A DNA stretch of 64,000 nt from NCBI GenBank assembly GCA_001687465.1, contig LVLI01000069.1:1-64000 (forward strand), written 5' to 3'. Of the stretch, positions 1-12,500 are shown piece after piece. Position 1 is the stretch's first letter. Each line of letters opens with the position of its first letter. Source of the DNA: Halocafeteria seosinensis (Eukaryota). The translations under genes were made by a program, and so were the position numbers. The notes beneath the pieces are model-generated. The model made no database searches. It saw only the letters and a program-made list of their open reading frames with translations, and had not been told where the DNA came from.

Positions 1-802
1 GGTCCACGGAAAGCTGTTGTCCGTCGTTTGCTTCCTTCAGCCACCCCAAACATTTATTCTCTAATTCTTGAACGCTGACTGCAGAGCACAAGATGAGACA
101 CTGTTTAAACAAAGAGTCGTACTGCTTTGGAGACACAACCAAAGCTTGCTATTAGAACGCAGTCTTCCCACACAAATTGTGTCCCCTTTCAACTACCGAT
201 ACAGTCTTCGGACACACACTGTGTGACCTACTCAAGAAACATGGCCCTCAAAGCTCTACTTAGCCGGTAGGCCACAACGATACACACTACTGCGATAGCT
301 TACCTTGTTCATCGTGGCAGAGTGTCGCAACCAGAGAAGACAGCGCTTCTCTCAACAGAAACAGTGTTCTCTCTCCTGGTTTCCCATCGTTATACATTTT
401 ACAGTCGTTTGCAATCTTCAACCATTCTTCAAACCTCGTGTACATTTCGGACTTATTCTGTACAGGGTAGTGATCCTTAAGTTTTCCCTGCTCATAGGCC
501 GTGCTAGCCGCAGTGTCTGACAAAAGGAAACACGCCACGAGAACTTTAATCCTCACACGCCGCTCTTGTGCCGGTAATAGCTTTCCATCTCCGTTTTCGC
601 GATGAAGACATTCCAGAATTCCATTCATTTCACTTTCCGTAATGTCCTCACTCATTTCCAAGCATTTCCCAATGCTACTTGCGAACGATTCCTCCTTTTT
701 GCCTTCCTCCTCGTTGACTTTGCACCCTCCCGGTATGAACCAGCCCGGAATACATTTCGTTGTGATGGCTTCTAATAATCCAGGCTTTGGTTGTGCAGCC
801 AT
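1..802 (-). CDS. Hypothetical protein, probably multi-exon and continuing off the left edge
   Basis: ORF 287..802 starts with ATG (MAAQPKP). A donor-like CAAG|gtaagc lies just before its stop. A further open segment (QELENKCLGWLKEANDGQQ) follows a tgcag acceptor near position 80. No family recognised. Confidence 0.5.
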
Positions 803-980
803 TTTCGTCTTCTTTTATGTGTTGTCGTTTCCGTTGGCTCTGCCGGGACAAAGTTCGTCTCTAGTGGTAACCTAAACGGTTTGGGTTTGGCTGCGCTGGG
901 CGAAGTCAATTCAACCCCAAATTAAATGAAAGACGACGTTCCTCCTCTACTTCTGCCTCATATGTTAGATAGGACTATGA

Positions 981-1161
981 GGTGGTGCTATGCTATGACA
1001 TGCTGTGGGTAGTCAACAACAACAAGACTTTTTCCATTCCAAACTGTCCAACTGTGGAATGGAACTAACTTGGTGGTGCTATGCTATGACATGCTGTGGG
1101 TAGTCAACAACAGCACGACATTTTCCATTCCAAGCTGTCCAACTTTGGAATGGAACTAACT
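981..1161. repeat. Two-copy tandem direct repeat, 91-bp period, each copy with an internal inverted repeat
   Basis: ggtggtgctatgctatgacatgctgtgggtagtcaacaac...ttccattcca...tggaatggaactaact starts at 981 and again at 1072 with a few substitutions. ttccattcca and tggaatggaa are reverse complements. Confidence 0.95.
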
Positions 1162-1514
1162 CGGTTGTACCCCGGGCCCGGAATGCCATGCTATTACTTC
1201 ACCAACTTCCCTACTGTATTTCGTCAGGATCGCAACTACAGGTTTTCTTTTGAAACGCAATCACTACTGATGCTTTTACAAGTCAGCATTTTCTCCAAAG
1301 TTAATGGTAGCTCCAAGGCACTTGCCAAGTTGCAAGTTGCAGCTTGCGGGATCCCGGCTGAGCCGGCTTGCGGCGGGTGACTGAGCCAGAGACTCAGCGG
1401 CGAATGAGTTGAATGAGAAAGGTAGAAGAAGAAAATACATCTGATTATATTGTGAGAGCAGTTTGTGGGGGGCTGTCGTTTTGGCAAGAAAAGAGTACAG
1501 TATAACCGAGGAAA

Positions 1515-1876
1515 ATGCATTTGATGTACTACGTCGACGCCAATGGAAAGCGTGTATATACGCTCAAGGTACGTTTCCTAACCCAGTTATACAAGCAGAT
1601 CACGTGCTAGCCTACGTTGTGAGTATGCATCCAATGTGGTGTTGTATGAACCTTGCAGAAGACAGCACCGGATGGAACCATGACGTTCTCGGCACATCCT
1701 GGTAAGTGACACTGGGATTTCTTGGCCTTATACCACCACATTGTCACCTCCACTTGCCCAAACGCGCTTCGCCTGCAGCCCGATTTTCACCGGATGACAA
1801 GTATTCGCGCCATAGAGTCACATGTAAGAAGCGATTTGGACAGCTTCCTATCCAAAAGCCAGCCGATGAGCTCTAA
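1515..1876 (+). CDS. NOP10: H/ACA ribonucleoprotein complex subunit NOP10 (3 exons)
   Basis: Spliced translation [64 protein letters not shown] using GT-AG introns starting at 1569 and ~1702. Matches the Nop10 signature [15 protein letters not shown]. Confidence 0.96.
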
Positions 1877-2308
1877 GCCAGAATGTCAAGAGGCTGCTAC
1901 GCTGTATGGAGTTGATTTCTCCCACTGGAGCACTTGTGAGAGGATCACACAATATGTGGGAAATGCCATTATCCATCAAATAGAAGAGGGAAAGCTTGCT
2001 ATTGTATCATATCATGGGGTTTTTCAGACTGGCGTATGGGTCGATGTGTTCTGCAGGGACTAGCAGCAGCTCAAGCTAATGTCACAACACTAACTTACGA
2101 GAAGTATAACAGCGAAGAATACACTGTCCGTCTTCTTCCTATTGACTGCCTTGTATACTGCGTACGAAGTGTACTCGATGTCTCTAAGGAGCATAAAGCG
2201 CCTTTTACCTCCCACACCATTGATTTCCATGTCATTTGTATTGATATAAAGCATACAACTCGACCAGAATTAGCAATAATTTTGTATTATAAGGGGTACA
2301 CTGAGATA

Positions 2309-5274
2309 ATGAGCGGCCAACCCTGTTTCATTACACCTCAAGAAGTATGCCAGACTTGTCTTAGCCGCCCGCCGTACACTCATGCTGTACAGACATTCTT
2401 TCATCTCTCTTTACAGGCCATTGCCGTGGTGGAGGAGCATTGGGGACTAAGAGCAATTCCAGAGTCACTTCCAGAATTACTACCGGTATGTGTGTGTACG
2501 ATGATGTTCACGGTTGGGAACTGTGTTGCTTAGAATGAAGCCGAAGTCGCCGCAGAGCTATGAGAATCAAAATTGGATAATTCGAACTACTGATGGCAAC
2601 TCAAGCTCGAACACGGATGGTGGTGATGGGCAAGTCCAGAAATATGTGTTGCGGGTTCAGAAAACGACTTTGGTGTCGGAAGGTACGATGGGCTGTGGAG
2701 CTCGGGTGTAAGGTAACAAATCCTTTATGGTGTTTCAAATTTGACCTACAGATACCATGGAGGGGCGAATGCAAGTGTTGGCCAGGCTCTATCAGCAGTC
2801 ACAGCCGGTTCCTCCTCCTATCGCACTTAGCAAATCCTCTATAGATTCGCCAAAGTATACTACAGGCTACGGCGATGGAGCTTACAGCCTAGCCCTTGCG
2901 GGGTATATCGAGGGAACCCTCATGTCGGAAGTGTTTGAGTCGACGCCCTCGAGCAAAGCGAAAATTGAATGGTGCCGTAGTGCTGGAGTCGGAATTCGCC
3001 CATCTTTGAATTCTTCCACTATATTACCTGCCGCTTTACGTGGGCAATTCGTGTCGTCGGACTTCCTGGAATTGGGAAGAGGTTTAGGGGACTTCGTGAA
3101 TGCTTTGAATAAAGTTTGTACGGAGCTGCAGTCAGCGTATAAACTTGGGTCACAAGAACGAACATGGGACTTGCAATATGCATCAGAATTAGTATCAGAG
3201 GTGTCATGCGTACCCCTCATTCATAATATATTCACGCAGCACCTTTCTGGGATATCTCCAACTCAGCGGAAGAGGCCTGCTAACCGTGATACCCAGGAAA
3301 ATGAAAGCGATGGTAACGAGCTCGATTTCTTGATTCGTTGCGCGTTTAAAGAATTCAACAAATATGTGAAACCAAGGTGAGTACTACGTGCCAAGGGTAT
3401 GTGTCGTTTTGACGCCAGCATTGTGTCTCCCACTTTGTAGTGCAGGTTTCCACATTGCACGGACGGTTGGATTCACGGTGACTGCAACGATAACAACATT
3501 ATCCTAGGTAAAACGGAAAATGGTTTGCACAAAATCCATAGTTTTCTGGATTTCGAAGACATGAACTACAGCAAAATTGTGAATGAGTTGGCAATTTGTT
3601 TGGTAGGTACTTGTGTGGGTATCGGACAAAATGACCTCACTTCCTGCATATTCTTACTCGTGACGTTTGCAGGCGTATACCATGATGTCTGTCTCTGATC
3701 CTGTCGCCGTAGCTTCGATAGTCACTCGAGGATTCCATGAACGAATGCCGCTGAATGCAGAAGAATTGAGTATACTCCCTAGACTTATCCGTGCGCGGCT
3801 CGCAGTGTCTTTGACAATGTCCGCAAAGACCCTGCTCGGACACAAGGCTCATCAAGATTCTGGAAAAGGCACCAATTCCATACAAGACGTAGCTAGTGAT
3901 CCATCAGCATCCTATACTCTGATACATACTCTTCCGGCAAAGCGGCTACTGAGAGATTTGTCGATCATTCCCAACAATGGGTTTGCACAACACCTTGCTG
4001 CTATGTGCAATACGAAGCTAACGTTGACTCGAGAGGCCATAAGTAGTCGTCTTAGTGTACGATCCGAGCTTCTTTCTGTCCACGACTCTATCTGGAGCTT
4101 GCAAAGGGAGTTCTACCACCTTGTTACACAAAATTGGGAAACTGGAGCTGTCGCGGCCATTGTACCATATTTAATGGGACCACATTTTGCTTCCGAAGCA
4201 TGCTTTGAGAGACAAAACGAGAGCTCGGCTAAATGGGATACCAAGCCGGATATAGAATATCCACGACCAAGAGCCGACTCAATGCCTCGCGCCGCTGTGG
4301 AATACGCCGAAAAAGTTACCCAACTATCGGCTCCTTCCAAACCCGAGGAGTTGAACGACGTCGATCGTGTAATTTTGCGGCCATTCGTCTACGACTTTAC
4401 AGGGCCAACAGATAGTCCATGGAATTTGCTTAAGCACATGGTTGGGACAGATGAACGTAAACTTGAGTCGTTTACGATAGTGTCATTTCTGTGTCTCTTG
4501 GAAACAGGTAGCGGTGTGGGATGGGGTCGGTGGGGAGAAAACCGGATGATATACCAAAGTGATTTGTTTAACTCATCAGACACGGAAGCGAGAACGATCC
4601 ACCTAGGGGTTGATTTAAGTGCACCTGCAGGTATCCCGTGTTTTACTCCATTCGATGCTGAAGTTCTCTCCGTTTCTAACAACGCACAAACTCTGGACTA
4701 TGGTCCAACAATTATACTGAAACACTTGTTGAAGACGGATTCCTCCAATTTTTTAGAGTTCTATACGCTTTACGGACATCTATCAATGAGTTCTATTGAA
4801 TCGGAACATATACAGCCCGGAAAATGCCTTCAAAAGGGAGACTTAGTAGGATGGATGTAAGTATTGGAACTAATCTTAACGTTTACCCTCGTGTTAATTA
4901 TCTCATATATTTACCTGCTCTTTCAGAGGCTCTAACGATGTCAATGGAGGTTGGCCACCTCATTTACACTTTCAAGTAATGACGGAACCCGACTTAGGCG
5001 GCAGGAGGGGAGACTATCCGGGTAAGTTAAGTAACGATATATTGGTAGCGATTATAGCACCCTATCCGTGACATCGTTTGGGGTAACAGGTGTAGCGACA
5101 CGTGGACAATGGGAGTCATCAAGTCAAGTAAGTGACCATCTCGCTTCGAATCCAGGATGTTTTGCATCTATTCTTGGATATTTACAGTTCTTACTTCCGA
5201 ATCCTGATGTCCTCCTTCAATTTGGGAAGCGACGAAAACGCCAACATATGGAAGGGAATTTGTACTCCTCTTGA
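2309..5274 (+). CDS. Fusion of an APH/hydroxylysine-kinase-like phosphotransferase and a C-terminal M23 zinc metallopeptidase domain (9 exons)
   Basis: Kinase motifs [30 protein letters not shown] (~3474) and FLDFEDM. M23 motifs RTIHLGVD (~4600), [29 protein letters not shown] (~4961) and GDYPGV. Eight GT-AG introns join these in frame. Confidence 0.88.
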
Positions 5275-5492
5275 TTGCGCGAAGCGCCGGTTCGCGGCGA
5301 TATCAAGATATTGGTTTGACTCGTTCCACCTCATTGCGCAATAACGACCAGTCTGCTCATCGCAGACTGCGGTGCAAGCAAGCAATAATCCGTGCAGAGC
5401 CGAACCTGAGTAGCCGTGTAAGTTTAACTTAATGATGGGACCTCCGGAGTCAAAGAGCCAATGCACTCCCCGTCCGGTGGTCCATCTGTCAC

Positions 5493-5521
5493 ATATATAT
5501 ATGTGTGTGTGTGTGTGTGTG
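5493..5521. repeat. Compound (AT)n(GT)n microsatellite
   Basis: atatatatatgtgtgtgtgtgtgtgtgtg is visible directly. Confidence 0.9.
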
Positions 5522-5768
5522 GAAGGAAGGAAATCAATATATCACGTCGATATTTTGACAATCCGTCTTCAGTGTGCGCACTTATCCGATTGGTTCCCAC
5601 TTCCCTTGGCTATCTATACCTGGCTGTATTCCCTGCTTTCCAGTGGAGTACTAGTTGACGTGGCAAGTGTATTGTATATCCACCATGAAGCGTTAGCTCA
5701 GTAGTGATAGATAGACGGTTAGTGACAGACGCTCAAGTGTTGCATTCGTATTGTATGGTGCCATAATA

Positions 5769-6756
5769 ATGGCAGCTTCAAGCACTCACCAAAGCCAGTC
5801 GCAAGGGGAACGCACAAGTCCAGAATTACCCTACGCCATCCCCAGATCCCAGGATTCGAGTTGCTCGAACAAGTCTCACTGCGTTTCCGAATTCGACGCG
5901 AGGGAGATGATGGTGCGCGCGGATGACTGGAAGACAAGTGGGGTAAGGGTGCAAGAAGCTGCGTGGGAATTGCGCATTACATTACGTCAACATTCATGCA
6001 GAAAAAGGTGAATGCTACAGCAGCGTTGTTTGAGCTGATGAACGTGGACGTGCTGACGTCCCACACGAAGCTTTCCAACCTTGCTCTCCACGAGAACAGC
6101 TTTTTGAACCAACAGAGAAGGAAGGGCGACAACAGGTATGGAACTCGGGAAGTATTCCGGAACCCTGAAGACTCCATTAAGACTTTACGCGTCCCGCAGG
6201 TACTATATGGTAGTTTGCTATCAGTGCCCTACGACGCCGATGATACATGTGGTGCTGTATTACGCGGTACCAGAAGGAGCGATTGAGCGATACCCACGTT
6301 AAGTTTAGTGTTTGAAGAACCTACCCTGAACACCGTCCATATTCTATTCATTGTGCAAGTGCAGAATTCCATAGACAGTGGCAAAGGTTTATGACAGACG
6401 AAAACTATAGGAAAGAGCGATGGAAAGTGATTCCCAGAATACCTGAAGGTTCTTGGATCGTTCGCCAAGCAGTTGGGACTAAGCCAGCCTTGCTCGCAAA
6501 GAAGCTGGACCACCATTGGCATCTTCATGAGAACCATATAGAAGTAGACTGTGATGTTTGCTCGTCTACCATAGCTTCAGCATTGACGGGACTACTTGCC
6601 TCTTATAAGAAGTACATCATTATAGATCTAGCGTTTACGTTAGAAGCTCGTGAGGAAGATGAACTACAGGAGCACATCATGGGAACATGCCGATTTGTGA
6701 AAATCCACTTGGAATCCTTACCGACGATAGAGACTGACAACGGTAATGGTTGCTAG
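5769..6756 (+). CDS. EDR2 C-terminal domain (DUF1336)-like protein (4 exons)
   Basis: RWKVIPRIPEGSWIVRQAVGTKPALLAKKL, IEVDCDVCSS.IA and IDLAFTLEAREEDELQEHIMG.CRF are typical of the ENHANCED DISEASE RESISTANCE 2 C-terminal domain. Upstream exons splice in frame. Confidence 0.85.
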
Positions 6757-7257
6757 AGATGCGTACGAATTGTCCGGCGGGTATCTGAAAATCTGCGTGA
6801 TGTTGACCATACCAGCAAAGTTTCTAACTGTTATGGAGCTCTTGTAGGAAGGCATCCACGCTATACAGCATGCAAGTCGCTAGCATTGGTTGTAGTTTTG
6901 ATTCGGCATCGTTACTAGATCAAAATGTTGACCGCTGCATCAGTGCTGAGAATCACTATTGCCCTGTACAGCTGCTCTCCCCAAACTCATCTGGTCTCTA
7001 GTAACAGTGGAACCCAAAAGCACACTCTCGATTAATATCCAGACGGATTAATCAACATAACGGTACCCGGCATTTAGAGGATGAGTACCGTACACTGTTG
7101 CATACAGAACGGAGTGCAAACATGGAACTTAACCAGCTGTAGGTGCATGCGGAAACCCACTATTTGTTTCGCAGATTTTTCACTGACATGTCGTTCGATG
7201 CAAAACTCTGATTCAGAAAGCGTTAAAGGAAGAAGTGTCCTAGACACCATTCGGTAT

Positions 7258-7530
7258 CCGATTCTGCAGATAGTCCCGAGGAAGGAGCAAATCTTTTCCT
7301 TTCTCATCTGTTGCACTCAATTGAATCTCCTCAACCTGCTCCGCACAAACTCTATCTTAAGGTGAGAGTACCTGTGGTCCTCATTCGGAACATAAACCAT
7401 GACGCTGGCTTGGCGCGGCTGATAGTTCAGAAACTGAGGGACACTTTGATCAAGGCTGAAATTGCAACAGGGACACACACAGGCACCACCGTTCTGCTTC
7501 CGAAGCTCACCATCATCCCCTCCCGGAGCC
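7258..7530 (+). pseudogene. Fragment of a PIF1-family helicase of Helitron type (transposon remnant)
   Basis: SADSPEEG...LHSIESPQPAPHKLYLKVRVPVVLIRNINHDAGL-ARLIVQKLRDTLIKAEIATGTHTGTTVLLPKLTIIPS resembles the Helitron/PIF1 C-terminal segment (P.H.L.LKVG.P.MLLRN...CNGTRL.V). The CNGT residues and the rest of the helicase are missing. Confidence 0.8.
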
Positions 7531-9517
7531 CTCCGACAATGACGAAAGTATACCCAAAAAGAGAAGAACTCAATTTCGAATACGCCCTGCATTCGACGTA
7601 CGATTTCAAGCGATCGCCTGCGTGAGCGTCTGCCATTACAGTTCTTTCTCTCTCCGGAAGGTGCCTTCTCCACCCTACCTGATCACTATCAAAGATCTCC
7701 TGCTGTCACACTTAGAGTACCAGATACGTTAGATTCCTTCGTCAGGGTACCGTTGACAAGACTTAGCGGGCAGTTGTTGCGAACTTACAGCTATCCGAGC
7801 AGACCTGTGGAGTAATTCCCAGAATTATTATTTTGAACTACTGAACTAGAAATGTTTCGAGTACTTGCGAAGTGGAAGATTAGGGTTGCGGTAATGCTAG
7901 GGCCAGACCACTACTTTATGAGAAGTTGGCGCTATCGTGTTCCAGCGCCATCCGAAATCATTTATGCCATTCAAAAGAGTATCAGAAAATTCTAATCAGG
8001 CGACGTTACGAAATTCCACATCCCGTGTGAATGATCCTCCATACCGTCCTGGATACGCCGGAAAAAGCGTGTCACTCGTAAAGCCGGTTTTTACTGCAGA
8101 CTTCTTAAAGTACGAGGCGAACTGTTCTATACAGTGTTTATTCCACCTGTGCTTCTGCGTCACTTGTATGAGGAAACGTCATTGAGGAGTCAGCTGACTC
8201 TGCGTGACCAGCTTCTACCAACCTGTTTGAATTTGCAATCTTCTCTTCCTTCGTATTAAGAGCTTTGTTTCGCGCCTGACAGAAAAGAGTTGACGAGTTT
8301 TTCCAATGGAAAGATGTTATGCCTGAGTTGGAAGGATCTTTTTTTGGTGAATCGTTCGTAGACCACTCTATAACCTGGAGCATCTTACCTGGAAAGTAAA
8401 AACGAGGGTGGTACGTGACATCGTGCAAACTTGTGCGACTGAGACTCACGAAGATGCACTGAAACATTTGAAGGAGTTCGGATTGAACTCGACGCAAGTA
8501 AACCCGGATGATTACCCCACAGTGCTGGTGGTTCTGAAAGGCGGAAATCTCGCGATTTCCAAGAGCGGACAAAAGTGGCACTGCTGATCCGTACCTAAAA
8601 GCTAGGTTTCTGGTAAGGAAGCTGATTTATGTTTGGGTTTGGGCTGTTCTGCAGCCTAAGCGGTATAAAGCCACCCCGTTTCGAGACGAAATTCTCAAAC
8701 CGAAACGGGGACTGTACTGGACGATGAGAGGAAGATGACCGTAGTTATCGCGTTTCTCAAGACTCCTACTTGGGCAGGAGCGCCTGTCGCGTACTTATGG
8801 ATCTGGAGATACTGTATAGTGCAGTTGGAAAGTGAAACATGGACCATTCCAGACCACTGATATTGTCAAGAACAGTTACGGCGAGGCTTCTGTCACGACC
8901 CGTGCATGATTTTTTATGCATGAGGGTGAGTAGAACTATCTCCTGATGAGTGTGGCCACCAAGAGCAGAAGAATTCAGAGAATGATCCAAGTCTTCCAAG
9001 GTGCCATCAATGGACGGTTGTGGTAGTTTACATTTAGGATCGAAGGTGAATGCTTTATAGGGTCACATGAAGCTCCTAGATATCGGTGCTCCAGATGTGA
9101 TGCTTATTGTGTGTGCGAAGACTGCCGGCGACTGATATTTGACCCTTCGTCGATTGCTAGTGGCGCCTACGGAAGAAGTTCCCTTGTATCGACAGCCATT
9201 CCAATATTCCACATAAAATTCAATCCGAGCAAAAGTGGTGAACAAAAGACCCCGGTATTTACTCTATTTAGACTGAAAAAGAGTAGACTCGTCTGTCACG
9301 TCATACAGTGCCATGTTATCACCCGGAGTAACGAGCCTTCAAGAGCCACCCTCCCAGAGCGACAAATTTCGCTCGTTCATGAGTTGTCAGAACATGGACG
9401 GTGTTAGTACTTCTGTGGCCACCACATACTGCTGGGCGGCCATGTTTGTATCGCTTCCATACACAAACAGTGTTCATACCAGAGTTCTCCCGTCTCTACG
9501 ATCTAAACGCTGCTGCT

Positions 9518-12500
9518 TCACTTATTCGCTTCATATTGCCGGATCATTTCTTCCACTTCTTCAGGGTTTTCTTTATCCCATTCTCGGAGTCTTTCAATGG
9601 CATCGCGCTTCTTTGTTGCCTGCCGTAGCAGTCTGAGATGCAGCAACGAATTCAATTCCAGCAGCGGCCAATCTTCATAGGGTCCTTTGGGACCAGCCTC
9701 TCCCAGTTTTATGGCCGGGTCTAATATAACTCGAGCAGCCAGCTGACCCCTCATATCGATTGTGCGATTCATCGTCCAACGACTGAACGGGGATAGAACT
9801 TGTTTTAGCTTCTCAACAACAGGGTGATCCAACTCTCCACTAACGACTTGACCTAAGGCACGTGCCAATAAGCGAGCCGAGGTCTGCCCATCCCCAGTCT
9901 CCGGCAAAACACTCTGGGTAGATGAACGAGCACTACTGGAGACGTTATACCTGGTGGAAGATTCATCGTCCTCATCCCGCTCTTCATCTTGCTCAATAGT
10001 TCCTTTGCCGTTTGGTAAAAAGCTATTCTCTAGTATCCAGCGTTGCTTGTCCTCCGTTTGTCCGTAGTCCTCCAATAAATCGGACATCATCGCAATAGTT
10101 CGGACCAAACTTACAAGCTGATATTTCTTCAAGCCCGAGGTGGGGACTCCTCGATTGGTTAACCAAGCTTTTAGCTGAGCTACGGTAATACGTGGACGGT
10201 TGTCCAACTCGACTACCACAGACATTCCATCAAGACCCTCCAAAGGTCCTTCAGCCCTGGAGGAAGCTTTCCTACCCTTTCTAGATTTTGCTTGCCCGGC
10301 CGAAACATCATCACAGATTTCACGCAAATTTATACCGGATGAGGATGTGCTCTTACTAGGGCTACTTGCAGCCTCCTTTTCTCTTTTCTCTTTCCTTGAT
10401 GATCGTTGTCGGAAGGTAGAGGCTTGACTGGTGCTGAGCGCTAGATCCCGCCATTCTCGACCTCCTCCTGGGATGACAGGTTCTGTCAAGCCGAGATCAC
10501 TATCCACATCACTCAGTAGCGATTCGTCCTCTTGAGTTTCCTCTTCTTCTTCCTCCTGCTCCGCCTCGTTCATTTCCTCTTCCGTTAGTGATTCCTTTTC
10601 TGAAGTTTCTGAAGCGACGGCTCCCTCGGAGTCTGCTTCTTCCTCGACTGCATCGCCGAACAGGACTCCAGTGCGTCGTCGAGCTGAGGCCTCTGGTGCC
10701 TTTATATTTGGAACAGCTTTAGTAGAGGATATATTATCACTCTCCTGCAATTCCGCATCCACTTCTCGCTCTCTCTCTCGTTGTTGATCAATGAACGGCC
10801 TTTTCTCATCTCTTCTTTGTTTCTCTTCTTGTCTCTGCTGTCTTACGGTCTCAGCTGCCGAGGCTCGCGAGAGGATTTCGAACGTAAGCGAGTTGGGTTG
10901 AAGATGCATTGCTTCCATCATTTGCACAGCTTGGGTAGCAATACTGGCAGCATTCATATCTGCAGCGGCTTCGAGAACGTTGTTAACTGTCTCTACATCT
11001 GGTTGGTGACCAACTTCCTTCATCGCCTTCAGCACTTTCCATGCTTCTTCGGGGAGCTTCGCATCCTTTGCCGCCAGAAGAAGGGATTCCATCATCTCTT
11101 TCGTGGGAACATGGCCTTTATCAACTACATACATCAGAAGCTGTTCCGCAGAATAGTAGTTCTTCGGTGAGGAACCAGAGAGGCGTATCAGTGGAGTGAA
11201 GGCTTTGATTTGTGCTGACGCTGACGCAGCCTGGGTATTACTCACAACCGGAAGCGGAGACGGCGGCTGACATTTTACATTATTAATCTCACGTTTGAAC
11301 TCGTGGCTGTCTCCAAAGAACTCCAAAAGTTTCTTCCCAGACTCCGTACCTTCCTGGGAGGGAGAGTCTGCGCCAACCAACAAGTTACATACATGTTGCG
11401 CGCGCCATAGACCCCAATGAAATGAAGACGGAAAGTCTAAAGCGACAGACTCTTTCGTTTTGGTTTCCTCTGAAACATTTACTGAAACCAGCGTAGGAGC
11501 ACTTTCTAGCTCTGGACGCAGGTAGACTCGAATTAACGGTGTCAAAAGACGATCGGGAATACTGTGTCCGTCCTCTATCAATGCGGTTAGTGCTGCTTCG
11601 GCAACGGCAACATGCCCGTCTAGCGAGAAGGCATAAACCTCTCCATTTTGAACAACTGGGGCCCAGACTCTAGAGCTAGCCAAGCCGGCTTCGGCAGCCG
11701 CCGCAGCAGAGCGGACCACGGCAGCGTAATGCCAGACACTAGGAGAGGAGTTAGACGAAGACTCCTGTGAAAGGCGCCTCAAGTCTTGGAGCCAACGGAG
11801 GCCCAGTTCCGGTAATGCACCTTGTTCGCTGGGAATTCCGGTAACAGTGCCTAAATCAGCTTTAAATGTGTCTGCCTCCGCCGACCAGTAATCCTCTAAG
11901 AGGGACCGATCAGATGCTGGAAGTTTGCTGAAATGTCTATAATCCAAATAGTTTGGGAACGCCCCCACGGTGCAGTTCAAGTCGCTGTCTGGGTTCCATG
12001 GAGCCAGTAAAGATGACTCTTCCAGATTCCTCAAAGCATTGCGCGAGAATGTCACCATGGACATTGGTGCCAAGGTATGTAGCGCGAAGTATCTCGCAAA
12101 CGGAGAGCAATAACCTAGAAGCTGTAGCTGGCATCTTGAATAATGTGTCCCTTTAAGCAGATCCTCAAAGTTGCGAGCAGCAAGAGAAGCATCAGCAAAG
12201 CTATAATTGGAGGATGTTAGAGAATAGCAAGTAAGAGGATCGACTGGTTTTTGGATTTCCTTGTGCGCTAATTCGCTATTCCTCTGCTTCGTCCCCTTAC
12301 GGACGGGATGCGCTGCTGCACTGGTTGAATAAAGGATTGAACGAATCCAGTGCTTATATGTGGTAGCTGATGGCATCAATTCGCGAACCTTCGTCTCATC
12401 GTGGATCATTTTCAGGTAGGCACACAATTCTTTCATCGATTCTGCCGCAAGATCTGGCGATGCACTTTCAGCAGCTACCGCAGCAAGTCCATCGAAAACG

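Noticed and set aside
981..1161. Possible CRISPR-like array (repeat with internal palindrome)
   Set aside because: Only two units, duplicated along their whole length with no unique spacers. Eukaryotic context and no cas genes.
1340..2063. In-frame TGA codons upstream of ORF 1463..1705, suggesting recoding or a pseudogene
   Set aside because: The real gene here is NOP10 in another frame, and TGA is used as a normal stop by other genes (e.g. BBS5, VPS25).
8138..8581. 147-aa minus-strand ORF
   Set aside because: No recognisable motifs, and it lies in the degenerate transposon-like island.
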